The position numbers and the translations under genes were made by a program. Shown here in pieces: positions 21,258 to 30,980 of a stretch of 64,000 nucleotides of DNA (the stretch's first letter is position 1; each line of letters opens with the position of its first letter). The stretch spans positions 14,350 through 78,349 of the forward strand of contig JAFAOU010000104.1 in the NCBI GenBank assembly GCA_019247495.1, in the 5' to 3' direction. The notes under the pieces were generated by a model that was not told the origin of the DNA, made no database searches, and worked only from the letters and a program-made list of their open reading frames with translations. The DNA comes from Acidobacteriota bacterium (lineage in GTDB: Bacteria > Acidobacteriota > Thermoanaerobaculia > Gp7-AA8).

Positions 21258-21803
21258 ATGAAAATCTACCTCGTCGGCTTCATGGGCGCCGGCAAGACCA
21301 CCGTCGGGCGCGAGCTGTCGGCGCGCGTCGGCGCTCCCTTCTTCGACCTCGATGAGTTGATCGAGTCGGCGGAGAAGGTGTCGATCAAGGATGTCTTCGC
21401 CACGCGAGGCGAGCCGTACTTTCGTCAGCGCGAGCGCGACGTTCTTCGCTCGACGCGGCATCTCGAAAGCGCCGTCGTCGCCACCGGCGGCGGGACGTTC
21501 ACCTTCGACGAGAACATTCAGTTCATCCAGACTGAAGGACTATCCGTATATCTTTCGGCACCGTACTCGCTATTGAGGAGCCGCATCGGGGAGAAAGCCG
21601 CCGAGCGGCCGCTCTTCCGCGACGACGTTGCCGCTCACGAGCTGTACAACAGCCGTATCCGCTACTACCGAATGTCTGATATCACCATCGAAGTGCGCGA
21701 GGAAGAGACGACGAACGAGATCGTCGAGCGGCTGCTGCTCGAGTTGCCGAAAGGCTTTCTCGATCCCACGCGCCGTTCGCAATCGCGAGGCGCCCGCACG
21801 TGA
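21258..21803 (+). CDS. aroK: shikimate kinase
   Basis: P-loop GFMGAGKTTVGR, a shikimate-kinase-like LID region, ~180 aa. Confidence 0.9.
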   Translation: MKIYLVGFMGAGKTTVGRELSARVGAPFFDLDELIESAEKVSIKDVFATRGEPYFRQRERDVLRSTRHLESAVVATGGGTFTFDENIQFIQTEGLSVYLSAPYSLLRSRIGEKAAERPLFRDDVAAHELYNSRIRYYRMSDITIEVREEETTNEIVERLLLELPKGFLDPTRRSQSRGART

Positions 21804-22540
21804 GAGCGCTCGTAGTCAGCGATCTTCATTCGAACGCCGAAGCGCTGCGCGTGGTGATGAACCGCGTGCGCCGGAAGAAGTTCGATCAGGTCATCTGCCT
21901 CGGCGATTTCGTCGGTTACGGCGCGCAGCCGAACCAGGTCCTCGACACGATGCGCACGATTAAGGCGCCGAAGCTCTACATCCGAGGCAATCACGACCGC
22001 GTCGCGGCCGGCCTCGATGACGCCGAGGGGTTCAACAACGCCGCGAAAGCCGCTGCGCTCTGGACGCGCGATCACCTCTCGGCCCGCAACCGCCACTTCC
22101 TGGCCAAGCTCCCGCTTGGACCCGTCGAGCGCGAGGGCGTCCTGCTCTGTCACGGCGCGCCGCACAACGAGGATGAGTACGTGTTCCACGAAGGCCACGC
22201 CCGCGACATCTTCGCCGATACTGCCGCGCCGTTCATCCTCTACGGCCACACGCACCTGCCGGTGATTTTCTCGATCGACCGTCACTACCGCGTGCATGGC
22301 GTGGCCGTACGCGGCGACGTCGTGGTCCGGCTCGACCGCGATCACCGCTACCTGATCAATCCCGGTTCGGTCGGCCAGCCGCGCGACCGCAATCCCGAGG
22401 CGTCGTTCATGATCTTCGACTCGAAGAAACTGACCGTGCAATTCTTCCGCGTCGCCTACGACGTCGCGAAAACGCAGGCCTCGATCCTCAAAGCGGGTCT
22501 CCCCGAAATCCTCGCGCAGCGGCTTCAGTACGGGACGTGA
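21800..22540 (+). CDS. metallophosphoesterase (calcineurin-like, YfcE/MJ0936-type)
   Basis: DLH...GDFVGYG...GNHD...GHTH metallophosphatase motifs. Confidence 0.8.
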   Translation: MRALVVSDLHSNAEALRVVMNRVRRKKFDQVICLGDFVGYGAQPNQVLDTMRTIKAPKLYIRGNHDRVAAGLDDAEGFNNAAKAAALWTRDHLSARNRHFLAKLPLGPVEREGVLLCHGAPHNEDEYVFHEGHARDIFADTAAPFILYGHTHLPVIFSIDRHYRVHGVAVRGDVVVRLDRDHRYLINPGSVGQPRDRNPEASFMIFDSKKLTVQFFRVAYDVAKTQASILKAGLPEILAQRLQYGT

Positions 22541-23234
22541 GTTTCGCGGCGAGGATCAATCGATTCGACGTAGCGGCCGCAAACGGACGTTCGTCGAAAT
22601 CGCCCCACATCGATTCGATTTCGAGGCCGCACGTTGCAACGAGTTCGAGATCGGCCGGCGACCACGATCGCAGGACCGACGAGGCGTCGACCGCTGATCC
22701 GTTCGTTTCGTAGTGGTAGTGCGCGTTCCAGACCGAGGGGTCGCCCGTCGTTTTCCACGATTCATCGACGATGAGGTTTCCGCGCCGTTGCTGCCAGCTG
22801 CCTGGCTCGCGCCGAAACAATCCTTCGATGACGACGCGGCCGTCCGGCGTCAGATGACTGGCCATGAGCCGCAGCGCGCTCGCGCGATCGTCGAGCGAAA
22901 CGAGGTGCGCCATCGGATCGTCCGCGAGCACGATCAGATCGAAGCGTTGCGCGAACGCGAATTGACGGAGATCGGCCGCGACGAAACTCGCGGCCGGCGC
23001 GCGGCGGCAGGCCAGCCGAAGCATCTCCACGAGCAGATCGGCCGCCGTGACCTGCGCGTGCCGGGCGAGCACCTCGGTCACTCGTCCTGTTCCGCATCCC
23101 AATTCGAGGATGCGCTTCGGCTTCCACCGCGCGGCCATCGCGTTCCAGAACGGAAGATCGCCTCGATCGGCGAGCGACTGGTCGTAGTACGCAAGGATCG
23201 CTTCGTAGTAGCGCCTGACCTCGGCGTCGTTCAT
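22488..23234 (-). CDS. class I SAM-dependent methyltransferase
   Basis: Motif I ILELGCGTGR and motif post-I; the 3' end overlaps the metallophosphoesterase gene convergently by ~50 nt. Confidence 0.7.
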   Translation of the reverse strand: MNDAEVRRYYEAILAYYDQSLADRGDLPFWNAMAARWKPKRILELGCGTGRVTEVLARHAQVTAADLLVEMLRLACRRAPAASFVAADLRQFAFAQRFDLIVLADDPMAHLVSLDDRASALRLMASHLTPDGRVVIEGLFRREPGSWQQRRGNLIVDESWKTTGDPSVWNAHYHYETNGSAVDASSVLRSWSPADLELVATCGLEIESMWGDFDERPFAAATSNRLILAAKLTSRTEAAARGFRGDPL

Positions 23235-23257
23235 CTGGATCGTTCGATGCAAACGTC

Positions 23258-24307
23258 ATGGCGCGTTTGATTTTCGTGACGGGAACGTCGTCCTCCGTGG
23301 CCGAGGGGAGCGGCACGTGGGTGGGCATCTCCGGACTTCGCGATGCGATCGTCGCCCTCGGGCACGAGGTGGTCATGGTCACGCCGGACGATGAGCACAC
23401 GACCACGCGTTCGCGCATCCGTTTCAACGTCCGGATTCGCAAAACGCTCCGATCGATTCGTGCGGACGCCATCATCGGATTCGATCTCGACGGAGTGTTT
23501 GCGCCGAGGAAGGGAGCGTTGCACGTTGCCGCGATCAAGGGCGTCCTGGCTGACGAAGCGAAGCACGAGGGCGGCATCGAGCGGCTTGCACTTACGATTC
23601 AAGCCCGTCTCGAAGCGCGCCACGTTCGCCACGCCGATCGCGTTGTCACGACGAGCGCGTACTCCGCCGGCCGCATCGCAAGTTTCTATGGCATCGATCG
23701 CGAGAAGATCGCCATCGTCCCCGAATTGATCGATCTCGACGCGTGGGATCGGGCTCTCGCCGGCGCGCCGCGTGAGCAAGGACCGCCTCGAATTCTCACC
23801 GTCGCCCACCTCTATCCCCGCAAAGGAGTGGACACGCTCCTTCGCGCCTTTGCCACGACGCCGCGCGATGCCGTGTTGCGAATTGTTGGAAGCGGTCCTG
23901 AACGAGAGCGGCTCGAAGAACTCTCGCACACACTCGCCATCGCCGATCGCGTTCACTTCCTCGGCCACCTCCCATTCACCGCGTTGGCCGCCGAGTATCG
24001 CAACGCCACGCTCTTTGCACTTCCGACGGAGCAGGAAGGATTCGGAATCGTCTTCCTCGAAGCGATGGCGTCGGGTCTTCCGATCATCGCCACGCGCGTG
24101 GCCGCGGTGCCGGAGGTCGTATCCGACGGCGTCACGGCACTTCTCGCAAATCCGGGCGACGAATCAACGCTCGCGCAACTGCTCGAAACGCTCCTCGGCG
24201 ACGCTGCACTTCGCAAGAGGCTCGGAGACGCCGGACGCGCGCATGTTGCGCGTTTCGCCGCGCCGGTCGTTGCGCGCCAGTTTCTGGCGGCGATCGGAAT
24301 CACGTAA
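23258..24307 (+). CDS. glycosyltransferase family 4 (GT-B fold)
   Basis: EGFGIVFLEAMASGLPIIATRV E-x7-E motif region and the overall GT4 pattern. Confidence 0.85.
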   Translation: MARLIFVTGTSSSVAEGSGTWVGISGLRDAIVALGHEVVMVTPDDEHTTTRSRIRFNVRIRKTLRSIRADAIIGFDLDGVFAPRKGALHVAAIKGVLADEAKHEGGIERLALTIQARLEARHVRHADRVVTTSAYSAGRIASFYGIDREKIAIVPELIDLDAWDRALAGAPREQGPPRILTVAHLYPRKGVDTLLRAFATTPRDAVLRIVGSGPERERLEELSHTLAIADRVHFLGHLPFTALAAEYRNATLFALPTEQEGFGIVFLEAMASGLPIIATRVAAVPEVVSDGVTALLANPGDESTLAQLLETLLGDAALRKRLGDAGRAHVARFAAPVVARQFLAAIGIT

Positions 24308-24328
24308 GGATTTGCAGCCTCGCGCGAC

Positions 24329-24456
24329 GGAACGCCGGCGTCCCGCCGCCGAATGGGAGGCTTGCGCAGCTGTCGTGTTACCAGCAAATGTCGAGAGTTC
24401 CGCGGTTCGGCGGCGAGACGCCGCCGGTCCAGCCGGCGAGGACGCCAGCGTTCCGG
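24329..24456 (+). repeat. ~128-bp dispersed repeat element with terminal inverted repeats (copy A)
   Basis: ~90% identical in reverse orientation to 55599-55726. Ends GGAACGCCGGCGTCCCGCCGCCGAA ... TTCGGCGGCGAGACGCC...CAGCGTTCCGG form a ~25-bp terminal inverted repeat. Confidence 0.75.
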
Positions 24457-24599
24457 CGCGCGTTTGCGAGTTATTCGCGCTGTCACGGTGATTGCGATCA
24501 CGCTTTCACAATCCAAATACTGTAAAATCCGCCGCGCAAACAGCAGCACACACCAAGAGGGCGTACCGGGTACGTCCTTTTCTTTTTCCGGAGGGAAAC

Positions 24600-26120
24600 T
24601 TGAAACACCAGATCCGCGCTTCATCATTGATTATTTTGATCGTTGCTGCATTCGTGGCGATGGTGCCGCAGGGGTTGATGGCGCGGCAGCGCGCCACGGC
24701 CAAGACGGACGAAATCGTCGGAATCGTGACGCAGACGTCGGCCAGCTCGCTGACCGTGCGGACCGCCAACGGCGATCGCGACGTCCGGCTGACGTCGAGC
24801 ACCGTCGTTCGCGTCGATGGACAGGCGAGCACGATCGCCGCGATTGCCGTCGGCGACAAAGTCGAAGTCCACGCGCAGAAAGAGTTGGACGGAACGACCA
24901 CGGCGCTGACGGTCGAGATTGAATCGCATCCATCCACCGAGGTCGAGGGAACCGTCAAATCCGCCAGCGCGACCTCGCTGACGGTTACGACGGCGACGGC
25001 TGACGTCGTCATCGCGCTCACGCCGGCCACCCGTTTCTTCGCGAATGGGCAGACGGCCACTGCTGCCGACGTCCACGCGGGCGATCGCGTCGAAGTCGAA
25101 GTGCGCGAGCAGACCGACAAGACTCTCGCCGCGCTCGTGGTGAAGATCCAGAACGAATCGGTTCATCTCCGCGGCACGATCAGCGCCGTGAGCGCGTCAT
25201 CGATCACCGTGCACACCGCGTCGGGCGATGTCGTGGTGGCGCTGACCAGCTCCACGCTCATTCGCATGCGCGGAAACGTCAGCAACGTCTCGATGCTCCT
25301 CGTCGGCAGCCGCGTGGAAGTTCAGGCCGTGCATCGCGCGGACCAGACTCTGGCAGCGGTGACGATCACGATCGAGCCAGCGAATTCGCTGAGCGAGATC
25401 GAAGGATCGGTCACCGAGGTCGCGAGCGATCACCTGAAAGTCCACACGAAGTCGGGTGACGACGTCACGGTCGCGGTGAACGCCGGCACGATCATCCGCG
25501 CTCATGACCACCTCGCCGGACTCGGCGACATCAAGACCGGCGACCGCGTCAACGTCAACGCGCGCGTCAATGCCGACGGCACCCTGACGGCGCTGCGCGT
25601 CGAAGTCGAGGACGATCACGGCGGCGGAAAGGGCAGCGACGATCATGGCGCCGAGCTCACCGGCAACATCGCCTCGATCTCTGCCGGCGCGATGACCGTC
25701 ACCACCGGCGGCGGCAACACCATCACTGTGAAGATCAGCTCCACCACGAGCATCCGCCACGGCAATACGACGCTCGCGGTGTCCGATCTGAAGGTCGGCA
25801 ATCACGTCGAAGTGAAAGGTGCGTTGAACGCCGACGGTTCGATCGCTGCGACATCGATCGAGGTTGAGGATGTCGACCCCGGCCACGGCGACGACGGCCA
25901 CCACGAATCGGTCGAATTCAGTGGCACCGTCACCGCCGTGTCGTCGACGTCGCTGACGGTCGGTTCGAACACCGCGGCGCTGACGCCGTCGACGGTCGTG
26001 AAGAACGGCAACGACAGCGCCTCCATCGCCGACATCAAAACCGGCCAGCGCGTGGAAGTGAAAGCCGATCGCGATTCCGCCGGCCATTTGACGGCGACGC
26101 TGGTCAAGATCGATCACTGA
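24600..26120 (+). CDS. secreted protein of ~8 tandem ~65-aa repeats (DUF5666-like)
   Basis: TTG start after GGAGGG RBS; signal/TM segment. Each unit reads 'xGTVxxVSxxSLTVxTxxGDxVxVxLTxxTxIRxxGxxAxxxDIKxGDRVxVxAxxxADGTLxAxxVEVE'; periodicity is also evident at the DNA level. Confidence 0.7.
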   Translation: MKHQIRASSLIILIVAAFVAMVPQGLMARQRATAKTDEIVGIVTQTSASSLTVRTANGDRDVRLTSSTVVRVDGQASTIAAIAVGDKVEVHAQKELDGTTTALTVEIESHPSTEVEGTVKSASATSLTVTTATADVVIALTPATRFFANGQTATAADVHAGDRVEVEVREQTDKTLAALVVKIQNESVHLRGTISAVSASSITVHTASGDVVVALTSSTLIRMRGNVSNVSMLLVGSRVEVQAVHRADQTLAAVTITIEPANSLSEIEGSVTEVASDHLKVHTKSGDDVTVAVNAGTIIRAHDHLAGLGDIKTGDRVNVNARVNADGTLTALRVEVEDDHGGGKGSDDHGAELTGNIASISAGAMTVTTGGGNTITVKISSTTSIRHGNTTLAVSDLKVGNHVEVKGALNADGSIAATSIEVEDVDPGHGDDGHHESVEFSGTVTAVSSTSLTVGSNTAALTPSTVVKNGNDSASIADIKTGQRVEVKADRDSAGHLTATLVKIDH

Positions 26121-26162
26121 CGATTTCCGAATGAGCGGCCGCCGCGCGATGCGGCGGCCGCG

Positions 26163-27728
26163 TTACGCTGCCGGCAGCCGGATCTCGAACGTCGCGCCGC
26201 CACCCGCGTTGTTCGACGGCGTGATCGAACCACCGTAGCCGTCGACGATCGCTTTGACGATCGCCAGCCCGAGGCCCGTGTGCGAGGCGCGCGGGCGCGT
26301 AGGCTCCGGGCGATGCGTGAAGAAGCGGTCGAAGACGCGCGGCAGATCTGCGCCGGCGATCCCGCTCCCTTGATCGGCGATCGTGGTCACGATCATTGAT
26401 GCATCGCACGACGCGGTGATTGTGACGACGCCGCCGGCAGGGGAGAAGCTGATCGCGTTTTCCAGCACGTTCACGAACACCTGGATCAGCCGGTCCTCGG
26501 ACGCGTTCACCTCGCACGGACCGGGCGGCAACGCGAGCGCGATCGAAACGCTGGCGCGCTCGCGCATCCGGAAACCATCCACGATCCTCTCCAGCAGTCC
26601 GCGAACATCGACCCGCGTCCGCACTTCGGTCGTCAGTTGCGCGTCGATCATCGTGATCTCGCGGACGCCGGCCAGCAGCGACTCCATCCGCGCGATCTCC
26701 AACTCGACCATGCGCAGAAACCGCTTCCGCTGTTCCTGTTCATCGACCTCGGCCAGCATCTCCGTCGCCGTGCGAATCGACGCCAGCGGGTTCTTGAACT
26801 CGTGCGAGACGTCGGCGGCGAACGATTCGATGAATCGCACATGCTCATCGAGACGACGCGTTAATCGCTCCAGTGCGCGCGAGAGGTCGCCGATTTCATC
26901 GTGCTTACGCGAGCCGCGGAAACGGCCGCGCAAGCGTCCGCGGCGGTCGAGAATCGCGCCCGCTTCGAGCCGCAGCCGCCGCAGCGGACGAACGATCGTG
27001 GTTGCCACGAGCCAGCTCAGGATGATCGCCACGATCACCGAGATGATGAAGATGCGCAGGATGCCGAGGCGGACGGTGTACAGATCCAGAAGGATGGGAA
27101 AGGTGCTTTGGGATGCGAGCGCGGCGCCGATGACGTCATCGCCGACGCGGATCGGCTCGGCGACGTACACGGTGACGGAGCGCCGATCGGGCGAGATACG
27201 TTCGACCGCGCCCGAGTCGCCCTGCAGCGCGCTGCGAACCTCGGCGCCGAGAAGGCGGTGCGATCGCTCGTAGTAATCGCCCGCGGCCAGCGGCTGCTCG
27301 CTCGTCCGCGATAGATGCAGCGGACGAAGCAGATACGCGCCGGCGCGATAAAGAATGTTCCGCTTGGCGCGATTCGCGCGTTGCGGCGGAGGCGGCCCGC
27401 TGAGCGAGTGCGAGTCAGCGACGATGTAGCCGAGCGGTGAGATGACTCGCAGCCGGATCGACTCCGTGACGTTGCCGCGCAGCCGGTGTCGTTGCAGCAG
27501 GATCTCCTGCGCCGCGCGGCCGGGCACCGGCGCCGACGCGACGGCAGCGGCGAGTAACCGCGCTTCCTCCTGTAACGCGCGGCGCTGTAGTCCGAGGAGT
27601 TTCTGTTCGTACGATCCGAGGTAAAGGATGCCGGCGACCGGCAGAAAAACGAGCAGCAGGTTGAACGCCATCAGGCGGAACGAGATGCGCGAAAGGAATC
27701 GGCGAATGCGATTCGCGATCCGCTTCAC
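26163..27728 (-). CDS. sensor histidine kinase (two TM, HAMP, HisKA, HATPase_c)
   Basis: H-box VSHEFKNPLASI, then N, G1 and G2 boxes (GLGLAIVKAIVDGYGGSI); N-terminal TM segments. Confidence 0.9.
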   Translation of the reverse strand: MKRIANRIRRFLSRISFRLMAFNLLLVFLPVAGILYLGSYEQKLLGLQRRALQEEARLLAAAVASAPVPGRAAQEILLQRHRLRGNVTESIRLRVISPLGYIVADSHSLSGPPPPQRANRAKRNILYRAGAYLLRPLHLSRTSEQPLAAGDYYERSHRLLGAEVRSALQGDSGAVERISPDRRSVTVYVAEPIRVGDDVIGAALASQSTFPILLDLYTVRLGILRIFIISVIVAIILSWLVATTIVRPLRRLRLEAGAILDRRGRLRGRFRGSRKHDEIGDLSRALERLTRRLDEHVRFIESFAADVSHEFKNPLASIRTATEMLAEVDEQEQRKRFLRMVELEIARMESLLAGVREITMIDAQLTTEVRTRVDVRGLLERIVDGFRMRERASVSIALALPPGPCEVNASEDRLIQVFVNVLENAISFSPAGGVVTITASCDASMIVTTIADQGSGIAGADLPRVFDRFFTHRPEPTRPRASHTGLGLAIVKAIVDGYGGSITPSNNAGGGATFEIRLPAA

Positions 27729-27882
27729 GCGCGGCCTCGGAGCGCGGGTTCAGGTAGCGCCGCCGGCTCGGCGGCTGGACCGCCAGCGGCTCGCTGGCGC
27801 GTCCCGTTCGAGCACTTGCCGCCGAGCCGGCGGCGGTACAGCCGGCGAGCCGCCGGCGCTACGCGCGTCGGTGGGACGACGT

Positions 27883-28581
27883 TCACGCCACCCACCGGTA
27901 GCCGACGCCGTACACCGTCTCGATCGCCGCGAACGACGGATCGGCTTCCTCGAACTTCCGCCGCAGCCGCTTGATGTGCGTATCGATGGTGCGGTCGCTC
28001 ACGTACGTGTCGTTCGGATAGCCCTCTTTCGTCAGCTGCTTGCGCGACTTCACGTGGCCGGGATGGCGCACCAGCGCGTGCAGCATCATGAACTCGGTGA
28101 CGGTGAGGTCGACGCGCGCGTCGTTCCATGTGGCCATGTAGCGCTGCAGATCGAGCGCGAGCGCTCCGACTTTCAGCGGCGCCTCGGCATGCTGCGCCGA
28201 CGGATTTTCGATGAATGACAAACGACGAAAAAGCACCTTCACGCGCGCGGCCAGCTCACGCATCGAAAACGGCTTGCAGAGATAGTCATCCGCGCCGAGC
28301 TCCAGCCCCAGCACGCGGTCGAGCTCTTCATCGCGCGAGGTGAGGAAGATAATCGGCAGCGTGTCCGACTTCGCGCGCAGACGGCGGCAGAGCTCGAGGC
28401 CATCCATGCGCGGCATGGTGATATCGAGGATGGCCAGCGACGGCAGCTTGTCCTTGACCACGTCCCACGCCGCGCCGCCGTCCGCGAACGTGACGACGTC
28501 GTAGCCATCGCGGCGCAGCGCGAACGCGACCGTCTCCCGGATCGTCTCTTCGTCGTCGACAACTGCGATGGTTTGTTTCAT
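27883..28581 (-). CDS. OmpR-family response regulator
   Basis: Receiver domain (VVDDEETIRE...D...K) plus winged-helix trans_reg_C (TVYGVGYRWV). Confidence 0.9.
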   Translation of the reverse strand: MKQTIAVVDDEETIRETVAFALRRDGYDVVTFADGGAAWDVVKDKLPSLAILDITMPRMDGLELCRRLRAKSDTLPIIFLTSRDEELDRVLGLELGADDYLCKPFSMRELAARVKVLFRRLSFIENPSAQHAEAPLKVGALALDLQRYMATWNDARVDLTVTEFMMLHALVRHPGHVKSRKQLTKEGYPNDTYVSDRTIDTHIKRLRRKFEEADPSFAAIETVYGVGYRWVA

Positions 28582-28719
28582 GTTTTTTCTTCACATGCTG
28601 CGGCGTGCAAAGCGCGCCGTCAGCATCTCCGGTGATACCGCGCAGCCGTCGCCTGCATCGACGACCGCGCGAGCTCACCGGAGATTCTGCGTCTACGCGC
28701 AGAATAAAGTGGAAAAGAC

Positions 28720-28741
28720 ACAATCCCGCCACAATCCCGCC
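28720..28741 (+). promoter_or_regulatory. tandem 11-bp direct repeat (ACAATCCCGCC x2) in the divergent promoter region
   Basis: Exact tandem direct repeat ~80 nt upstream of the sortase-target gene start. OmpR-family regulators typically bind ~10-11-bp direct repeats. Confidence 0.3.
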
Positions 28742-28823
28742 GCCGCCTTCCCTCGATCACACCCACGCCACGCCACACAGCGGACGCCTATTGATCTCCA
28801 TCGAAAGTCAAAAGGAGACGACG

Positions 28824-30833
28824 ATGGAGACCAACGACACTGCCACTACCGAATACAAACCGCGCGACTACAGCCTCGAACGCTGGATCGTGAGGCTCCT
28901 GCTTCTGCTGTTTTTGCTGCCCTTCGTAACGCAAGCGCAGGAGACGACGACGCTAGCCACGAACGAAGGTGCCGGCCTGCTGCTGAAGACCGCCACCCCC
29001 GGCACGTACGCGATCGTGCCGGCGGTGAAGTCGGAAGTCCGCATCACCGTCACCGGTCCGATCGTCCGCACCACCGTCACGCAGACCTTCCACAACACCA
29101 CCGGCCGTTGCGTCGAAGGGCTCTACGTCTATCCGCTCCCGGAATTGAGCGCGGTCGACACGCTGAAGATGACCATCGGCTCGCGCGTGATCGTCGGCGA
29201 GATCCGCGAGCGCGAACAAGCGCGTAAGGAGTACGAGCAGGCGAAGAGCGAAGGCCGCAAAGCCGCCCTCGTCGAGCAGCAGCGGCCGAATGTCTTCACG
29301 ACCTCGGTGTCCGGTGTGATGCCGGACGACGACGCGATCATCGAGATCGCCTATCAGGAGATGGCGCAATACGAGAACGGCGAGTACCGTCTGCGCTTCC
29401 CGATGGTGGTCGCGCCGCGCTACACGCCGGCGCACACGCTCGCCACATCCGTCGCCGCGAAGCTGCCGTTCACGCCCTCCGGCAGCAACAACAACGGCGG
29501 CACGATCGCGCTGTCGGTCGACCTGCAGCCCGGCTACTCGGTCCGCAACATCGCCAGCGCGCAGCAGGCGAAGTCGGAGACGCTCGGCAATCGCCATTAC
29601 CGCGTCACCGCCGATTCGTCCACGCTCCAGGCTGGCCACGATTTCGAGCTGTCCTGGCAGCCCGACCTCGGCACGAATCCCGAGGCCACGGTGCTGACGG
29701 AGAAGCTCGGCGAGGAAACGTACGCGTTGGTGATGGTCACGCCACCGGCGCAATCGGCTGTCCGGCTTCCGCGCGAAACGATCTTCATCATCGACAGCTC
29801 CGGCTCGATGGAAGGCGCATCGATGCAGCAGGCCAAAGCCGCGCTGCTCCTCGCACTCGGCGATCTCAACCCCGGCGACAAGTTCAACATAATCGACTTC
29901 GATTCGATGGCGCGTCCGCTGTTCAGCGACAGCAAGTTCGCCGACGCGTCATCGATCGCAGCCGCGAAATCGTTCGTCGAAAAAATCGACGCCGACGGCG
30001 GAACGGAAATGCTCAAGGCTCTGCAACTGGCGATGCCGGAGCATCCCACCACGCCGTCGGGCACCGTGCGCCAGGTCATCTTCATGACCGACGGCCAGGT
30101 CGGCAACGAGCAGGAGCTGTTCTCCTTCATCCACAGCCGCCTCGGCGAGAGCCGCCTCTTCACCGTCGGCATCGGCGCCGCGCCCAACTCGCACTTCATG
30201 CGCAACGCCGCCCGCTTCGGCCGCGGCACGTTCACCTACATCGGCGACGTGCAGCAGGTGCAGGAGCGGATGTCCGAGCTGTTCGGCAAACTCGACGCGC
30301 CGATGATGACGTCGATCAGCGTGCACAGCAGCGATTCGATCGCCGAGTCGTGGCCGGAACGCGTTCCCGATCTCTACCGCGGCGAGCCGCTCGTCGTGGC
30401 GATACGCGTACACGACGCGAACGCGAAGATCACGCTCCACGGCAGTATCGGCAACGAAGCGTGGTCGAAGGAACTGACGCTTCCGCCGGCCGGCAGCAGC
30501 GAAGGCATCGCCCGCCTCTGGGGCCGCGAGAAGATCGAGTCGCTGATGGACCGCATCACCGACGGCAGCGATCCGAACGGCGTCGAAGCGGAAGTCATCA
30601 AGGTTGCGCTGCAGCATCACCTCGTGTCGCAGTACACAAGCCTCGTAGCGATCGACCAGACGCCGCAAGGCCTCAACGCCAGTTGCAAAGCCGAGCCGCT
30701 GCCGACCGGCAACACTCCGGATCACGCCGACCCCGGCACGCTCCCGCAAACCGCAACACCGGCCGGATTGCTGCTGCTGATTGGTGGATCGCTAACGCTG
30801 ATCGCACTGATCGCACTGAGGATCGTTAAGTAG
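28824..30833 (+). CDS. sortase-target surface protein with VIT and vWA domains and a C-terminal LPxTG-like sorting signal
   Basis: AAAGGAGA RBS; N-terminal signal; VIT-like region; vWA MIDAS motif (IFIIDSSGSM); C-terminal EPLPTGNT... followed by a hydrophobic TM and a basic tail (RIVK). Confidence 0.8.
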   Translation: METNDTATTEYKPRDYSLERWIVRLLLLLFLLPFVTQAQETTTLATNEGAGLLLKTATPGTYAIVPAVKSEVRITVTGPIVRTTVTQTFHNTTGRCVEGLYVYPLPELSAVDTLKMTIGSRVIVGEIREREQARKEYEQAKSEGRKAALVEQQRPNVFTTSVSGVMPDDDAIIEIAYQEMAQYENGEYRLRFPMVVAPRYTPAHTLATSVAAKLPFTPSGSNNNGGTIALSVDLQPGYSVRNIASAQQAKSETLGNRHYRVTADSSTLQAGHDFELSWQPDLGTNPEATVLTEKLGEETYALVMVTPPAQSAVRLPRETIFIIDSSGSMEGASMQQAKAALLLALGDLNPGDKFNIIDFDSMARPLFSDSKFADASSIAAAKSFVEKIDADGGTEMLKALQLAMPEHPTTPSGTVRQVIFMTDGQVGNEQELFSFIHSRLGESRLFTVGIGAAPNSHFMRNAARFGRGTFTYIGDVQQVQERMSELFGKLDAPMMTSISVHSSDSIAESWPERVPDLYRGEPLVVAIRVHDANAKITLHGSIGNEAWSKELTLPPAGSSEGIARLWGREKIESLMDRITDGSDPNGVEAEVIKVALQHHLVSQYTSLVAIDQTPQGLNASCKAEPLPTGNTPDHADPGTLPQTATPAGLLLLIGGSLTLIALIALRIVK

Positions 30834-30862
30834 GCGACATGCGGCGACGCGTTCCGACGGCA

Positions 30863-30966
30863 AATGTTGAATGTTCAATGTTGAATGTTGAATGTTCAAT
30901 GAAACCCCAAACCGCGTAGCCCTCTCATTCAACACTCAACATTCAACATTGAACATTCAACATTCG
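30863..30966. repeat. ~38-bp inverted repeat built from tandem AATGTTG/AATGTTC heptamers (long stem-loop) between the target and sortase genes
   Basis: Arm 1 at 30863-30901 (AATGTTGAATGTTCAATGTTGAATGTTGAATGTTCAATG). Arm 2 at 30926-30966 is its near-perfect reverse complement (2 mismatches), with a ~25-nt loop. Confidence 0.7.
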
Positions 30967-30980
30967 CTTTTCAAAACGCC

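Noticed and set aside
25197-26117. 306-aa minus-strand ORF antisense to the tandem-repeat protein gene
   Set aside because: Mirror image of a repetitive GC-rich gene; no start context, artefact composition.
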